Under the pieces are notes generated by a model. The model had not been told where the DNA came from and ran no database searches. It was given only the letters and a program-made list of their open reading frames with translations. DNA of 64,000 bases from the NCBI GenBank assembly GCA_051418015.1, contig JBPRGF010000033.1, positions 320,001-384,000 of the forward strand, given 5' to 3'. This stretch comes from Candidatus Nitrospinota bacterium M3_3B_026. GTDB taxonomy: Bacteria; Nitrospinota_A; UBA7883; JBPRGF01. Shown in pieces: positions 21,237-30,166 of this stretch; position 1 is the first letter of the stretch; each line of letters starts with the position of its first letter. The translations under genes and the position numbers were made by a program.

Positions 21237-22691
21237 TCAGTCGAACTTCACGGACCACGTGGTCACACCGCCTGGGGCGTCATGCAGGAGTATTCCCTTT
21301 TCCTCAAGTTCCGCGCGGATTCCGTCGGCTGTCTCAAAGTTCTTCTTGGCGCGGGCCTCGGCGCGGGCCTTGATCCGCTCCTCTATCTTCTCTCTGGAAA
21401 AACCCGCCTTCCTGAGCCTTTCGGCTTTGGCCGATTCCAAAAACTCCGCCGGGTTCCGCTGGAAAAGGCCCAGAACGCCGCCAAGCTCTCGTATGCCCGC
21501 GGCGCCGTCCAGTATCGACTCGCGCGCTTTTTTGTAATCGTCAGATTTTTTCTTCATGCGCCCTCTTTCCATCCGGGTCTGGTTCAGGCGGCGAAGCTCG
21601 TTGTTCAGGTCCGCCAGCGCCGCGGCGGTGTTGAAGTCGTCGTCCATGTGTTCCATGAACTTTTCCTTTAGCGCTTCCGGCGCCTTTCCCGCGCTTTCTC
21701 CGGCGATATCGTCCGCGAAGGCCAGAAACTCGTAGAACCTGCCGAGGTTTTTATGGGCATCGGCCAGGTAGCTGTCGGCGAAATCTATAGGGCTGCGGTA
21801 ATGGCTGGACAGCAGGAAAAGGCGAAGCGCTTCCGGGTCGCTCTCTTTCAGCAGGTCCTTTATCGTGAAGATGTTCCCAAGGGATTTTGACATCTTCTCG
21901 GCGTTGATGGTGACGAAGCCGTTGTGTATCCAGTATCTCACCGGAGGCAGGCCCGAGGAGCCTTGGGACTGGGCGATCTCGTTTTCGTGATGAGGGAAGA
22001 CAAGGTCCTTGCCCCCGCCGTGGATATCGAAGGTGACGCCGAGGAACTTGCGCCCCATGGCGGAGCACTCTATGTGCCAGCCGGGCCGCCCCGGGCCCCA
22101 GGGGGAGTCCCAGGAGGGTTCGCCGGGCTTGGACGCCTTCCAAAGGGCGAAGTCCAGCGGGTCCCGTTTCCTGGCGTCCACCTCCACGCGCGCGCCGGCC
22201 TCCAGCTCCTCTATGTTTTTCTTCGACAATGCGCCGTACTCCGGGAAATCTCTCACGGAGAAATAGACAGAGCCGTCCAGTTCGTATGCCTTGCCTTCGT
22301 CTACGAGTTTTCGGATTATCTCGATCATCTCGACGATGCATTCGGTGGCCTTCGGCTCCGCGTCAGGCGAAGCGAGCCCCAGCGCGCTCATGTCGGCGTG
22401 GAACTCATCCGTATATCTGCCCGCCACTTCGTCCCAGGCTGAGCCGAGTTCGGAGGCTTTCTTTATGATCTTGTCGTCTATGTCCGTAATGTTGCGAACG
22501 TAGGTCACCTCGTAGCCTCGGAATTTCAGATAGCGGTAGATGACGTCGAAGACAATGTTCGCCCGGGCGTGGCCTATGTGGCACAGGTCGTAGACGGTGA
22601 CGCCGCAGACGTACATCCCCACCTTTGGCGGGTTCAGGGGGGAAAACTCCTCTTTTTTCCCGGTCAGCGTATTGTAGACAACCAAAGACAT
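21237..22691 (-). CDS. cysS: Cysteine-tRNA ligase
   Basis: CGVTVY..HIGH, GRPGWHIECS, HGGG.DL.FPHHENE, KMSKS. Confidence 0.97.
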   Translation of the reverse strand: MSLVVYNTLTGKKEEFSPLNPPKVGMYVCGVTVYDLCHIGHARANIVFDVIYRYLKFRGYEVTYVRNITDIDDKIIKKASELGSAWDEVAGRYTDEFHADMSALGLASPDAEPKATECIVEMIEIIRKLVDEGKAYELDGSVYFSVRDFPEYGALSKKNIEELEAGARVEVDARKRDPLDFALWKASKPGEPSWDSPWGPGRPGWHIECSAMGRKFLGVTFDIHGGGKDLVFPHHENEIAQSQGSSGLPPVRYWIHNGFVTINAEKMSKSLGNIFTIKDLLKESDPEALRLFLLSSHYRSPIDFADSYLADAHKNLGRFYEFLAFADDIAGESAGKAPEALKEKFMEHMDDDFNTAAALADLNNELRRLNQTRMERGRMKKKSDDYKKARESILDGAAGIRELGGVLGLFQRNPAEFLESAKAERLRKAGFSREKIEERIKARAEARAKKNFETADGIRAELEEKGILLHDAPGGVTTWSVKFD

Positions 22692-22692
22692 G

Positions 22693-24129
22693 TCAACGAA
22701 GACCCGAAATCCGTTCGTCCAACCTTCTTAAAACCTCATCCCGGCCCAAGGCTGAAAAAATGTCCGCCAGCGCCGGGCCTTTCGTCCTGCCGGTCACCGC
22801 CGCCCGCAGCGGTTTGTAGATTTTTCCTTTCGGCGCTGCCGTTGCCGAAAAGATGAATTCTATCACACCGTCGAACGAGTCTTCATCGAGCGCCGGGACG
22901 CGGCCTACGGCCTCCCGCGCGGCTTCGATGATTTCCAGCGCGCCAGAGAGAGCCTTCGCCGCGCCGCTGTCCGGCGCTCCGGAGCCCGCGAACTGGGAGG
23001 CGTAGTCCACAGCCTGTTTAGGCTCATGGACGGAGTCGCGCAGGGCTTCGGCCATTTTCAACAGATCGTTATCCGAAAACTTTTCGAAAGGGAACCCGGC
23101 CTTCTCAAGCGGCGGCCTCAAGGCTTCAAGAAAACCGGCGGCGTCGAGCGTCTTCAGCGCCCTGGAGTTTATATGGTCCAGCCGGGCCATGTCGAAATGG
23201 CAGGGGGCCCTGGAGACTTTCGCGATGTCGAACCTGGCGGCCATCTCTTCGAGGGACTCCGGCCCGTCGCCCTCCACGCCGGACCAGCCCAGCATGGCCA
23301 CGGCCGTGTTTATCGCGGAGGGAAGATAGCCGGAGTCCAGCAGGCGCGCTATGTTCAGCGATTCGACGCGTTTTGAAAACTTGCGGCCTTTCTCGTCCAG
23401 CACAAGGGAAAGGTGGTGGTAGCGAGGAGGCTCGCCTCCCAGGGCGCGGGCGATCAAAATCTGCTTGGGGGTGTTGGCGAGGTGGTCTTCGCCGCGGATG
23501 ACATCGGTCACACCCATGTCAAGATCATCGACTATGGAAGCCAGGTAGTAGGCCGCGGAGCCGTCCGACCTGGCGATGATGAAATCGCCCATGTCTTCCG
23601 CTTCAAACGAGACATACCCCCGCACGCCGTCATGAAACTCCACGCTCCCCGTCCCGGCCCTGAACCTCCAGGCTGGCGGACCCTTTTTCCTTGAAAGCTC
23701 ATCCCGCTCTTTTTCCGTAAGGCGCGCGCATTCGCCGGTATAGCGTGGCGGCTGACCTGCGGCGATTTGTGCTAATCGAAGTTTCTCAAGCTCCTCCACG
23801 GAGCAGTAGCATGGATACGCCGCGCCGCGGTCCAGCAGTGTCCGCGCGGCGTTTTCATATTTTTCCCGCCGCCCGCTCTGTCTGTAGGGGCCATGGGGGC
23901 CGCCGATATCCGGCCCTTCGTCCCAATCGAGCCCGAGCCTTTTCAGGGTCGCGATGATCCCCTGCTCCGCCTCCGGGTCGGACCGCTCGCGGTCGGTGTC
24001 CTCTATCCTGAGTATGAAAGACCCTCCGCGCCCTTTAGCGTAGAGCCAGTTGAAAAGGGCCGTGCGCAGGTTCCCCACGTGCAAGGATCCCGTGGGGCTG
24101 GGGGCGAAGCGTGTCCTCGGGGCGGTCAT
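22693..24129 (-). CDS. gltX: Glutamate-tRNA ligase paralogue (GluRS2-like)
   Basis: RFAPSPTG.LHVGN, RIEDTD, IRGEDH, KFSKR; anticodon domain present; ATG overlaps ispF stop. Confidence 0.88.
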   Translation of the reverse strand: MTAPRTRFAPSPTGSLHVGNLRTALFNWLYAKGRGGSFILRIEDTDRERSDPEAEQGIIATLKRLGLDWDEGPDIGGPHGPYRQSGRREKYENAARTLLDRGAAYPCYCSVEELEKLRLAQIAAGQPPRYTGECARLTEKERDELSRKKGPPAWRFRAGTGSVEFHDGVRGYVSFEAEDMGDFIIARSDGSAAYYLASIVDDLDMGVTDVIRGEDHLANTPKQILIARALGGEPPRYHHLSLVLDEKGRKFSKRVESLNIARLLDSGYLPSAINTAVAMLGWSGVEGDGPESLEEMAARFDIAKVSRAPCHFDMARLDHINSRALKTLDAAGFLEALRPPLEKAGFPFEKFSDNDLLKMAEALRDSVHEPKQAVDYASQFAGSGAPDSGAAKALSGALEIIEAAREAVGRVPALDEDSFDGVIEFIFSATAAPKGKIYKPLRAAVTGRTKGPALADIFSALGRDEVLRRLDERISGLR

Positions 24130-24614
24130 GATCGTTCGCCGCCGGTTGTTATGGTCGCGACCGCCCATGCGGCGATCCCCTCCCCACGCCCGGTGAAGCC
24201 GAGCCCTTCGGTGGTGGTGGCTTTGACGGAGACCATGGCCGGATCAACCCCCGCGGCGGCGGCGATTTTTTCCCGCATTCGCTTCACATATGGCGCAAGG
24301 CGCGGCGCTTCGGCGGCGATGGTGGCGTCGATGGCCCCGACCCTGTATCCCTTCTCCCCCAGCATCGCCACCGTTTTTTCAAGCAGGATGACGCTGGAGA
24401 CGTCCTTGTATTTTTCATCGCTATCCGGGAAGAAAGCGCCGATGTCACCCATCGCCGCGGCGCCAAGGAGAGCGTCTATGACGGCGTGGGTCAACGCGTC
24501 CGCGTCGGAATGGCCGAAAAGGCCCGCCTCGTGTTCGACTTCCACACCGCCGAGAATGAGCCTGCGCCCCTTCACAAGACGATGCGCGTCGAATCCGTGG
24601 CCGACCCTTATCAT
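24126..24614 (-). CDS. ispF: 2-C-methyl-D-erythritol 2,4-cyclodiphosphate synthase
   Basis: GHGFDAH, GHSDAD, GDIG..FPD, KATTTEGLG. Confidence 0.96.
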   Translation of the reverse strand: MIRVGHGFDAHRLVKGRRLILGGVEVEHEAGLFGHSDADALTHAVIDALLGAAAMGDIGAFFPDSDEKYKDVSSVILLEKTVAMLGEKGYRVGAIDATIAAEAPRLAPYVKRMREKIAAAAGVDPAMVSVKATTTEGLGFTGRGEGIAAWAVATITTGGERS

Positions 24615-24658
24615 GGCCTCGCCTCAAAGCGGTTGAACGTCAGTTGGCGCCGCAAGCG

Positions 24659-25165
24659 TCAGTCGCCCTTGAGCTTGGATTCCCACTCATCGAGAGTCTC
24701 GGCCGTGAGCGGGCCAACGAAGAAACCGGCCACGACACCATCCCGGTCGATGAAAAACGTGGTCGGCAGGGCGGTCACTCTGTATCTTCTGGAGACTTCC
24801 CCCCCTGTGTCCAACACGATGGGCAGGGACAGGGACGTCTGCTCGACATATCTTTTCACGGTTTCCGGCCCCTCCTGGTAGTTCACGCCGACCACCACGA
24901 TGCCGTCGTCCGCGCCATCGCGATGGGTCTTCTCAAGCTCGGGCATCTCCACCTTGCAAGGGGGGCACCAAGTGGCCCAGAAGTTCAGGATCACTCCCTT
25001 GCCCTTGAGGCTCCCCAGGCTGAGATCAGCGCCGTCCACGGTTTTAAGAGACATCGGCGGAGCGGGTTTGCCCACCATCGCCGAAAGGTCAGCCATCGCG
25101 GGATGGGCCCAGGCCATGAACAGGGAAAACATCACTAGCGCAAGACGCGCCGGAAAACGCTTCAT
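24659..25165 (-). CDS. TlpA/ResA family thiol-disulfide oxidoreductase
   Basis: Signal/anchor, LNFWATWCPPC..EMP, LPTTFFID. Confidence 0.9.
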   Translation of the reverse strand: MKRFPARLALVMFSLFMAWAHPAMADLSAMVGKPAPPMSLKTVDGADLSLGSLKGKGVILNFWATWCPPCKVEMPELEKTHRDGADDGIVVVGVNYQEGPETVKRYVEQTSLSLPIVLDTGGEVSRRYRVTALPTTFFIDRDGVVAGFFVGPLTAETLDEWESKLKGD

Positions 25166-25195
25166 CGTTTGCTCCACGAAGATTTTGTCGGCAGC

Positions 25196-25771
25196 TCAGT
25201 TCAAGGGATAGATCACCGAGAACGCGCCACGCACCTGGTTCACGTCATATCCCGTGGCGTCGTCGTCGGGATAGTTCGTTCTTATGGCGGCCTCCGCCTC
25301 CGGGTTCAGGTCCGCCTCATGTCCGTGACAGTTAAGGCACAACCTCTGTGTCATTATCGGTTTCATGAGCCTGAGCCTTTTCCCTTCGCCCGGGACTGTC
25401 TCCATCGCCGTGTAGAACGATCGGAGCATTCCCGCGGCGTGGTCGGCCTCCATTCTCTCCAACATCTTCATTTCAACCTTGTCGGGGGCATTGCCTTTGT
25501 TCCGCAGCTTGAGGCTCACGCGGCGGATCGTGGCGCCATGTTTTTCGCCGATATCCATGGCCGCTTGTGGGGCGATGGACCTGCATACGCCTATGGCCGC
25601 TCCAAAACCGGAGTTCTTTATGGCGCTCTTCAGGTTCGACTTCAGCTCCATCCCGAGCTCCTTTATCATCTTCTTCGAGTTTTTCGCGGCCTCTCTTCTC
25701 GTGGCGTCCGCCTCTGCCGGGCCGTGAAACGCTACGAACACGATGGCCGCCGCCACAAAAACTTTACGCAT
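25196..25771 (-). CDS. DUF3365 / Tll0287-like periplasmic heme c protein
   Basis: Signal peptide, AIGVC, RN..N.PD, CLNCHG, YP.D.A.GY...RGAFS; GGAG RBS. Confidence 0.85.
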   Translation of the reverse strand: MRKVFVAAAIVFVAFHGPAEADATRREAAKNSKKMIKELGMELKSNLKSAIKNSGFGAAIGVCRSIAPQAAMDIGEKHGATIRRVSLKLRNKGNAPDKVEMKMLERMEADHAAGMLRSFYTAMETVPGEGKRLRLMKPIMTQRLCLNCHGHEADLNPEAEAAIRTNYPDDDATGYDVNQVRGAFSVIYPLN

Positions 25772-25868
25772 GGCTGTCTTCTCTCCTTGCAAGGTTTTCC
25801 AGACTTCGGATTCCACCAGATCTAAAATTCTAGCCTACGCCGGGCCGCAGGGGAACCCTCGCCAGGTT

Positions 25869-27290
25869 TTAAGGCCCGCCCGGAGCCGCGCGCGGCCGCT
25901 GATAATACCCGGGGGCCAGCTCGTTGAGCTTTTTGAATTCCTTTGCCGCCTCGGAGTAGCGCTTCATCTTTTCGTAAGTCTTTCCGAGGTAGAAACGTAT
26001 TATCGGCTCACCGGGGCTTATCTTTTTCGCCTTCTCGAGGATTACGGCCGCCTGCGTTAAAAGCCCGTTTGTGTAGCGCGCTCTTCCTATGGCGAAGTAC
26101 GACAGGGCCAGGTGCGGGTCCCCCGGCGTGTCACGGAGGGCTTTGTCGTACCAGACCAGTTCGTCGTCCACGGTCTTTGTCATTCCCGCTTTCCTGCCTT
26201 CTATTATTTTCGACCGCGCCCTGAAATATGATTCGACCTTTTCCGAGACGGCCTCGTCCGTCGTTAAGCGGATCGGCGACGGCGTTCTGTAAAGACTCAA
26301 CAGGAAAAAATTGTCAGCGGACAACAGGGAAGGGGAGGTCTTCTCATGCGCCCCGTTTGCGCCGATGACCGGGTTTTCGGCCTTGTTGATGGACACGCCG
26401 GACACAAGGTCCGAAAGCCCCTCGCCATCGTTGATATAGAAGGATAGGAAGCTGTACGTGTTGACGCCCTCCGCCATGGCGTCGTGGAGCCTGACGCGCT
26501 CGAGACGGCGATGGATGAGGGCCGGGTCGAGGCGAAACGGCTCCTTCGAGCCGAGCAGCAGAAGCCAGGCCCGGACGGGGTTTATGTCACCGCTCCAGGC
26601 GGTCACATTGGGAAAGGCGCGCAGGAACGTGGCGATGATCGTCCTTATCTCATCCCTCGAAAAAGAGGCGAGGGATACCCACTGGGCCATCACGCCGCCT
26701 TCGCCGAGCAGTTTTGAGAGATTCTGGAAGTTCTCCAGGGTCAGATCGTCGGCCTTTTCTTTCGCCCCGGCGAGCGAGTCCAGCCCGGCGATTATGACGT
26801 CGTAACCGCTTTCGGCCTTTCTCGCCCACTCCACGGCGGAGGCGGCGTGTATGAAGACAGCGTCTTCCTTCCACGCGCCGCGGTTGTCAACCGTGAAAAA
26901 TTCCCATGCCGTCGCGAGGACCGGGTTTTCGAGGACGACGTCCACGCGGGCCGCGCCGTGGGCCAGGGCGGCCGCGGCGCCGGCGCCGGTCGAAGGACCC
27001 GGGACAAGGACTCTGCCTGGCGAAGGGGAGGAGGAAATAATGAGCGGATAATTGGCCCTGCGCGCCGTCCCGTCGCCTGTCCAGCCGATCTCATTCCCGT
27101 TCAACCGGAGACTGTATACCCGTCCCCGCTTGATCTCCACGACGGAGACGGACCCGCGCTCGCCTTTTTGCTCAAACAGGGTTTTTCCGGGCGGGGGGCC
27201 CGACGCGCCTTGCGCCGGACCGGGAAAGGCGGCGAAAAGCACGGCCGCGGCCGGAGCAAGGATGAGTGAAAGCCGTTTTTGCCTGGTCAT
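25869..27290 (-). CDS. Exported spermidine-synthase-like protein with C-terminal TPR
   Basis: Signal peptide; YDVII, LTLENF..L..GGVMAQW, IATFLRAFP; TPR-like YLGKTYEKMKRYSEAAKEFKK. Confidence 0.65.
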   Translation of the reverse strand: MTRQKRLSLILAPAAAVLFAAFPGPAQGASGPPPGKTLFEQKGERGSVSVVEIKRGRVYSLRLNGNEIGWTGDGTARRANYPLIISSSPSPGRVLVPGPSTGAGAAAALAHGAARVDVVLENPVLATAWEFFTVDNRGAWKEDAVFIHAASAVEWARKAESGYDVIIAGLDSLAGAKEKADDLTLENFQNLSKLLGEGGVMAQWVSLASFSRDEIRTIIATFLRAFPNVTAWSGDINPVRAWLLLLGSKEPFRLDPALIHRRLERVRLHDAMAEGVNTYSFLSFYINDGEGLSDLVSGVSINKAENPVIGANGAHEKTSPSLLSADNFFLLSLYRTPSPIRLTTDEAVSEKVESYFRARSKIIEGRKAGMTKTVDDELVWYDKALRDTPGDPHLALSYFAIGRARYTNGLLTQAAVILEKAKKISPGEPIIRFYLGKTYEKMKRYSEAAKEFKKLNELAPGYYQRPRAAPGGP

Positions 27291-27297
27291 AAGGTTC

Positions 27298-27322
27298 AAA
27301 AGAGCAGCGGTTGAGACCGCTG
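27298..27322 (-). terminator. Weak intrinsic terminator after amino-sugar cluster
   Basis: Minus strand CAGCGGT-CTCA-ACCGCTG then CTCTTTT. Confidence 0.5.
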
Positions 27323-28138
27323 TCAGGTTACGGGTTTCCGGGATGACTCCACGGTGTCCCCGCCGGGATTTTTCAGGACGCTGCCGGGGGCGTAGAATCC
27401 TTTGGGCACGGTCGTGTTGGGGTAGACCCAGCTCTGGGCGCCTATGAGAGTCCCCGGCGATGTCACGGTGTTGCAACCGATCTCGGTGTAGTCGCCTATG
27501 ACCGCGCCGAACTTTGATCTCCCGGTTCTCACCTGCTTCCCTCCGGTTTGAATCACCACCTCGTTTATTCTCTCCTCGTCTATTTCGCCCCTCGTTCTGA
27601 ACTGAAGATTGGCGAGGATGGTTCCTGCGCCGAGGTTGACCCTGCTCCCGATAATGGCGTCGCCCACGTAGGCGAAGTGGCCCGCGTTTGACCTGTTCAT
27701 GAAGATGGAGTTTTTCACCTCCGTAACGTGCCCTATGACGCAGCCGTCCCCCACGATCACCCCTCCCCGCAGGTACGCCCCCTGCCGTATCTCGCAGTCC
27801 TCGCCGATCACGCAGCCCGGCTTGATTATCGCCGTCGGCTCGAGAAGCGTTCCCGCTCCGATCCGTATCCTGTGCTCAGGGATGACGATCTCCTCCTCCA
27901 GGATCATGGGGCTGTCCACGACCAACATGGCCTCCCTGCCGCCGCTGCGGGGCCGCCGGACGATATCCAGCCTGGCGCTGGCCCCCAGGCTGTCCACCCC
28001 AGCGCCCTCCCTGTTGGATATAAAGTCTTTTATCATCTCGTCCATCCGCGTGAGGGCGTCCCACGGCCTGGGGCCGGAGAATATTTCGTCAATCAGAAAA
28101 AAGCCGGAGTCCGGGGAGAAATAATCGGTAATATTCAT
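27323..28138 (-). CDS. Stand-alone GlmU-type glucosamine-1-phosphate N-acetyltransferase (hexapeptide repeats)
   Basis: IRQGAYLRG, EVKNS, GHFAYVGDA, NLGAGTILAN, KFGAVIGD. Confidence 0.8.
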   Translation of the reverse strand: MNITDYFSPDSGFFLIDEIFSGPRPWDALTRMDEMIKDFISNREGAGVDSLGASARLDIVRRPRSGGREAMLVVDSPMILEEEIVIPEHRIRIGAGTLLEPTAIIKPGCVIGEDCEIRQGAYLRGGVIVGDGCVIGHVTEVKNSIFMNRSNAGHFAYVGDAIIGSRVNLGAGTILANLQFRTRGEIDEERINEVVIQTGGKQVRTGRSKFGAVIGDYTEIGCNTVTSPGTLIGAQSWVYPNTTVPKGFYAPGSVLKNPGGDTVESSRKPVT

Positions 28139-30156
28139 AAGACCGCCTCCCTGAGACGGGCCAGGCGCCAGAGGCCTAGCTCCGTGAGGGTGTAAGCGCC
28201 GCCGTCCGCCTCAACAAGGCCCTGGCGGAAACCCGCTTCCAAAAGAAGCCTTTCGCGCTCTGTCTCTGAGAGGCTTTTAAGACGCTGCGAAAAATCCTCC
28301 CCCGCCTCGACGGCTTCCAGAAGCGCCGCCTCGGCCCGCGCCATCGGGCTTGTCATATCCTTCATTCCGGCCAGCAGGACACGCGCCGCCGCCTCGCCGG
28401 TCCTGTCCAGCAGCTCCCTGGCCGCCATCGGGCCGCGCAGGCTGACACCGGTCTTGTCCTCCGTCCCGGAGTTGCGGACGAAGACAGAGGCGGCGTGGGA
28501 GCCGGACTCCGTTATTTTCATGTACAGAGTCTCCCGATCCTCCGGCAGGGTCATGATCTCTATCCCGGCGCCTTCCCATTCAGCGCGTACGGATTCTTCC
28601 ACGACGCCGGACACCTTCCTCCAAAGCTCCGATCCCTCAGACCAGAGGCTTTTGTCGACATAGTAAATATATATAGTCCTTTTATACCCTCCGGGGAAGG
28701 GGTGTCTCAACCTCCCGATCCTTTCCGCCGGGGAAAGCGGCCCCATGAGCGGGCCAGAGAGGACAGCGTAGGAGTTGAGCAGGCTTTTGAGTCCGTCGCC
28801 CGCGAAAACCGCGCGCGGGCCTTCTTTCGTGTCGATGACTGAGGGGACAACGATATGGCCGCTCTCTTCGGCGCCGATGGCGAACCCCGCGCCCAGGGCG
28901 CTCACAAGCTCGACCCCCTCATCATCCAGCAGTCTTTCGATGGCATCGGCGGAAGGGTTTTTGTCTCGGACGATCTCCCCGATTTTGCCGAGAACCTCCG
29001 GCGGCGCGGCGCGTTCCACGGCGGAGACTACAGCCTTCAGCAATATCCATTTGTCACCCACCGCCGTCAGCCCGGTGGTGTATCCAAGCCTTTCCGCCTC
29101 CGCGGAGGCGGAAAGGTCGCTTTCCACGGTATTGACGAACATTTTTCCGCCGCCGCTGCTTCTCCCGGCAAGGATGACAGCGGTCTCGTCTCCCGTCCCG
29201 ATGAAGGCGGAGTCCGTGAATGGGTCGTAGTCCACCCTGAAGAGCCTGTCTCCGTCCCCGTCGAACACGGCGGCGGAGACAATGGTCTCGCCGGTCTTTA
29301 TCCGTTCGGCGTTCTCCCTGCCTTTCTCAAATAAGGCGGCCATGGCCTTGGCGCCGGAGAGCCGTCCGCCTTTTTCGATCATGTCGGGCGTGATCTCCCG
29401 CAGCCCCTCCAGCTCCGCCACGCCGGAGCGCTCATTGACGGAGCCGTCGAGGCCGTCGTTCACTATGACGACTTCACCGAAACCGGCCTTGCGGAGGATA
29501 TCGCCCGCTAAAGGCCCCAGCGCGCCGTTGGCGAGATCGGCTATGAGAACGATGTTTTTTAGTGTCTCAGGGCTTTCTATCCAGCTGTTGCGCGCGTCGA
29601 GAACGTATCTCGTAAATACCTCCCCCGCCTCGGCGCTTCTGTCGATCGCCTTCCCCTCCGTCCGCGCGCTGACCACGGTTTCGTAATCCGTCTGCAGGAC
29701 ACGGCGGGAAAGCTCCACATCGTCCCCCGGGAGGAGCTTGAGGCCCCGCCGCGTAAAAATCTTGATACCGTTGTATTCGGGCGGATTGTGCGAGGCGGTG
29801 ACGGCGACGCTCCCGGCGGCGCCGATGGCCCTCATGTACACAGGCGCCGCGGGCGTGGGCGCCACGCCGATCACCGCGGCGTCCGCTCCCGCCTTCAGAA
29901 GGCCCCGGACCGCCGCGTCCGTGAAAATCCCCTCGGGGTCCCTTGGGTCCCAGCCGATGACCACCGTCCCGCCCTTTTCCATGAGGCCGGCCTCGATCAT
30001 CTGCCGCGCGCGGCAATAGGTGTAAAGCTCCATGAACTCTTCGGTGATGACATCTTTTTCCAGAAAAGCGCGTTGAGGCGTCATCCCCGCGAGGGCCGGA
30101 TCGCTGGACAGGGACGTCTTTCGGCGGACGCCGTCGGTTCCCTGGAGCCTTGTCAT
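28135..30156 (-). CDS. glmM: Enlarged phosphohexomutase, probable phosphoglucosamine mutase
   Basis: GTDGVR, TASHNP, DGDGDR, VGDKW, GAEESGH, RNSGTE; follows glmS. Confidence 0.78.
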   Translation of the reverse strand: MTRLQGTDGVRRKTSLSSDPALAGMTPQRAFLEKDVITEEFMELYTYCRARQMIEAGLMEKGGTVVIGWDPRDPEGIFTDAAVRGLLKAGADAAVIGVAPTPAAPVYMRAIGAAGSVAVTASHNPPEYNGIKIFTRRGLKLLPGDDVELSRRVLQTDYETVVSARTEGKAIDRSAEAGEVFTRYVLDARNSWIESPETLKNIVLIADLANGALGPLAGDILRKAGFGEVVIVNDGLDGSVNERSGVAELEGLREITPDMIEKGGRLSGAKAMAALFEKGRENAERIKTGETIVSAAVFDGDGDRLFRVDYDPFTDSAFIGTGDETAVILAGRSSGGGKMFVNTVESDLSASAEAERLGYTTGLTAVGDKWILLKAVVSAVERAAPPEVLGKIGEIVRDKNPSADAIERLLDDEGVELVSALGAGFAIGAEESGHIVVPSVIDTKEGPRAVFAGDGLKSLLNSYAVLSGPLMGPLSPAERIGRLRHPFPGGYKRTIYIYYVDKSLWSEGSELWRKVSGVVEESVRAEWEGAGIEIMTLPEDRETLYMKITESGSHAASVFVRNSGTEDKTGVSLRGPMAARELLDRTGEAAARVLLAGMKDMTSPMARAEAALLEAVEAGEDFSQRLKSLSETERERLLLEAGFRQGLVEADGGAYTLTELGLWRLARLREAVL

Positions 30157-30166
30157 CGGCCGGTGG

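Noticed and set aside
22693..24129. GluQ-RS (YadB)
   Set aside because: 478 aa with an anticodon-binding domain, which GluQ-RS lacks
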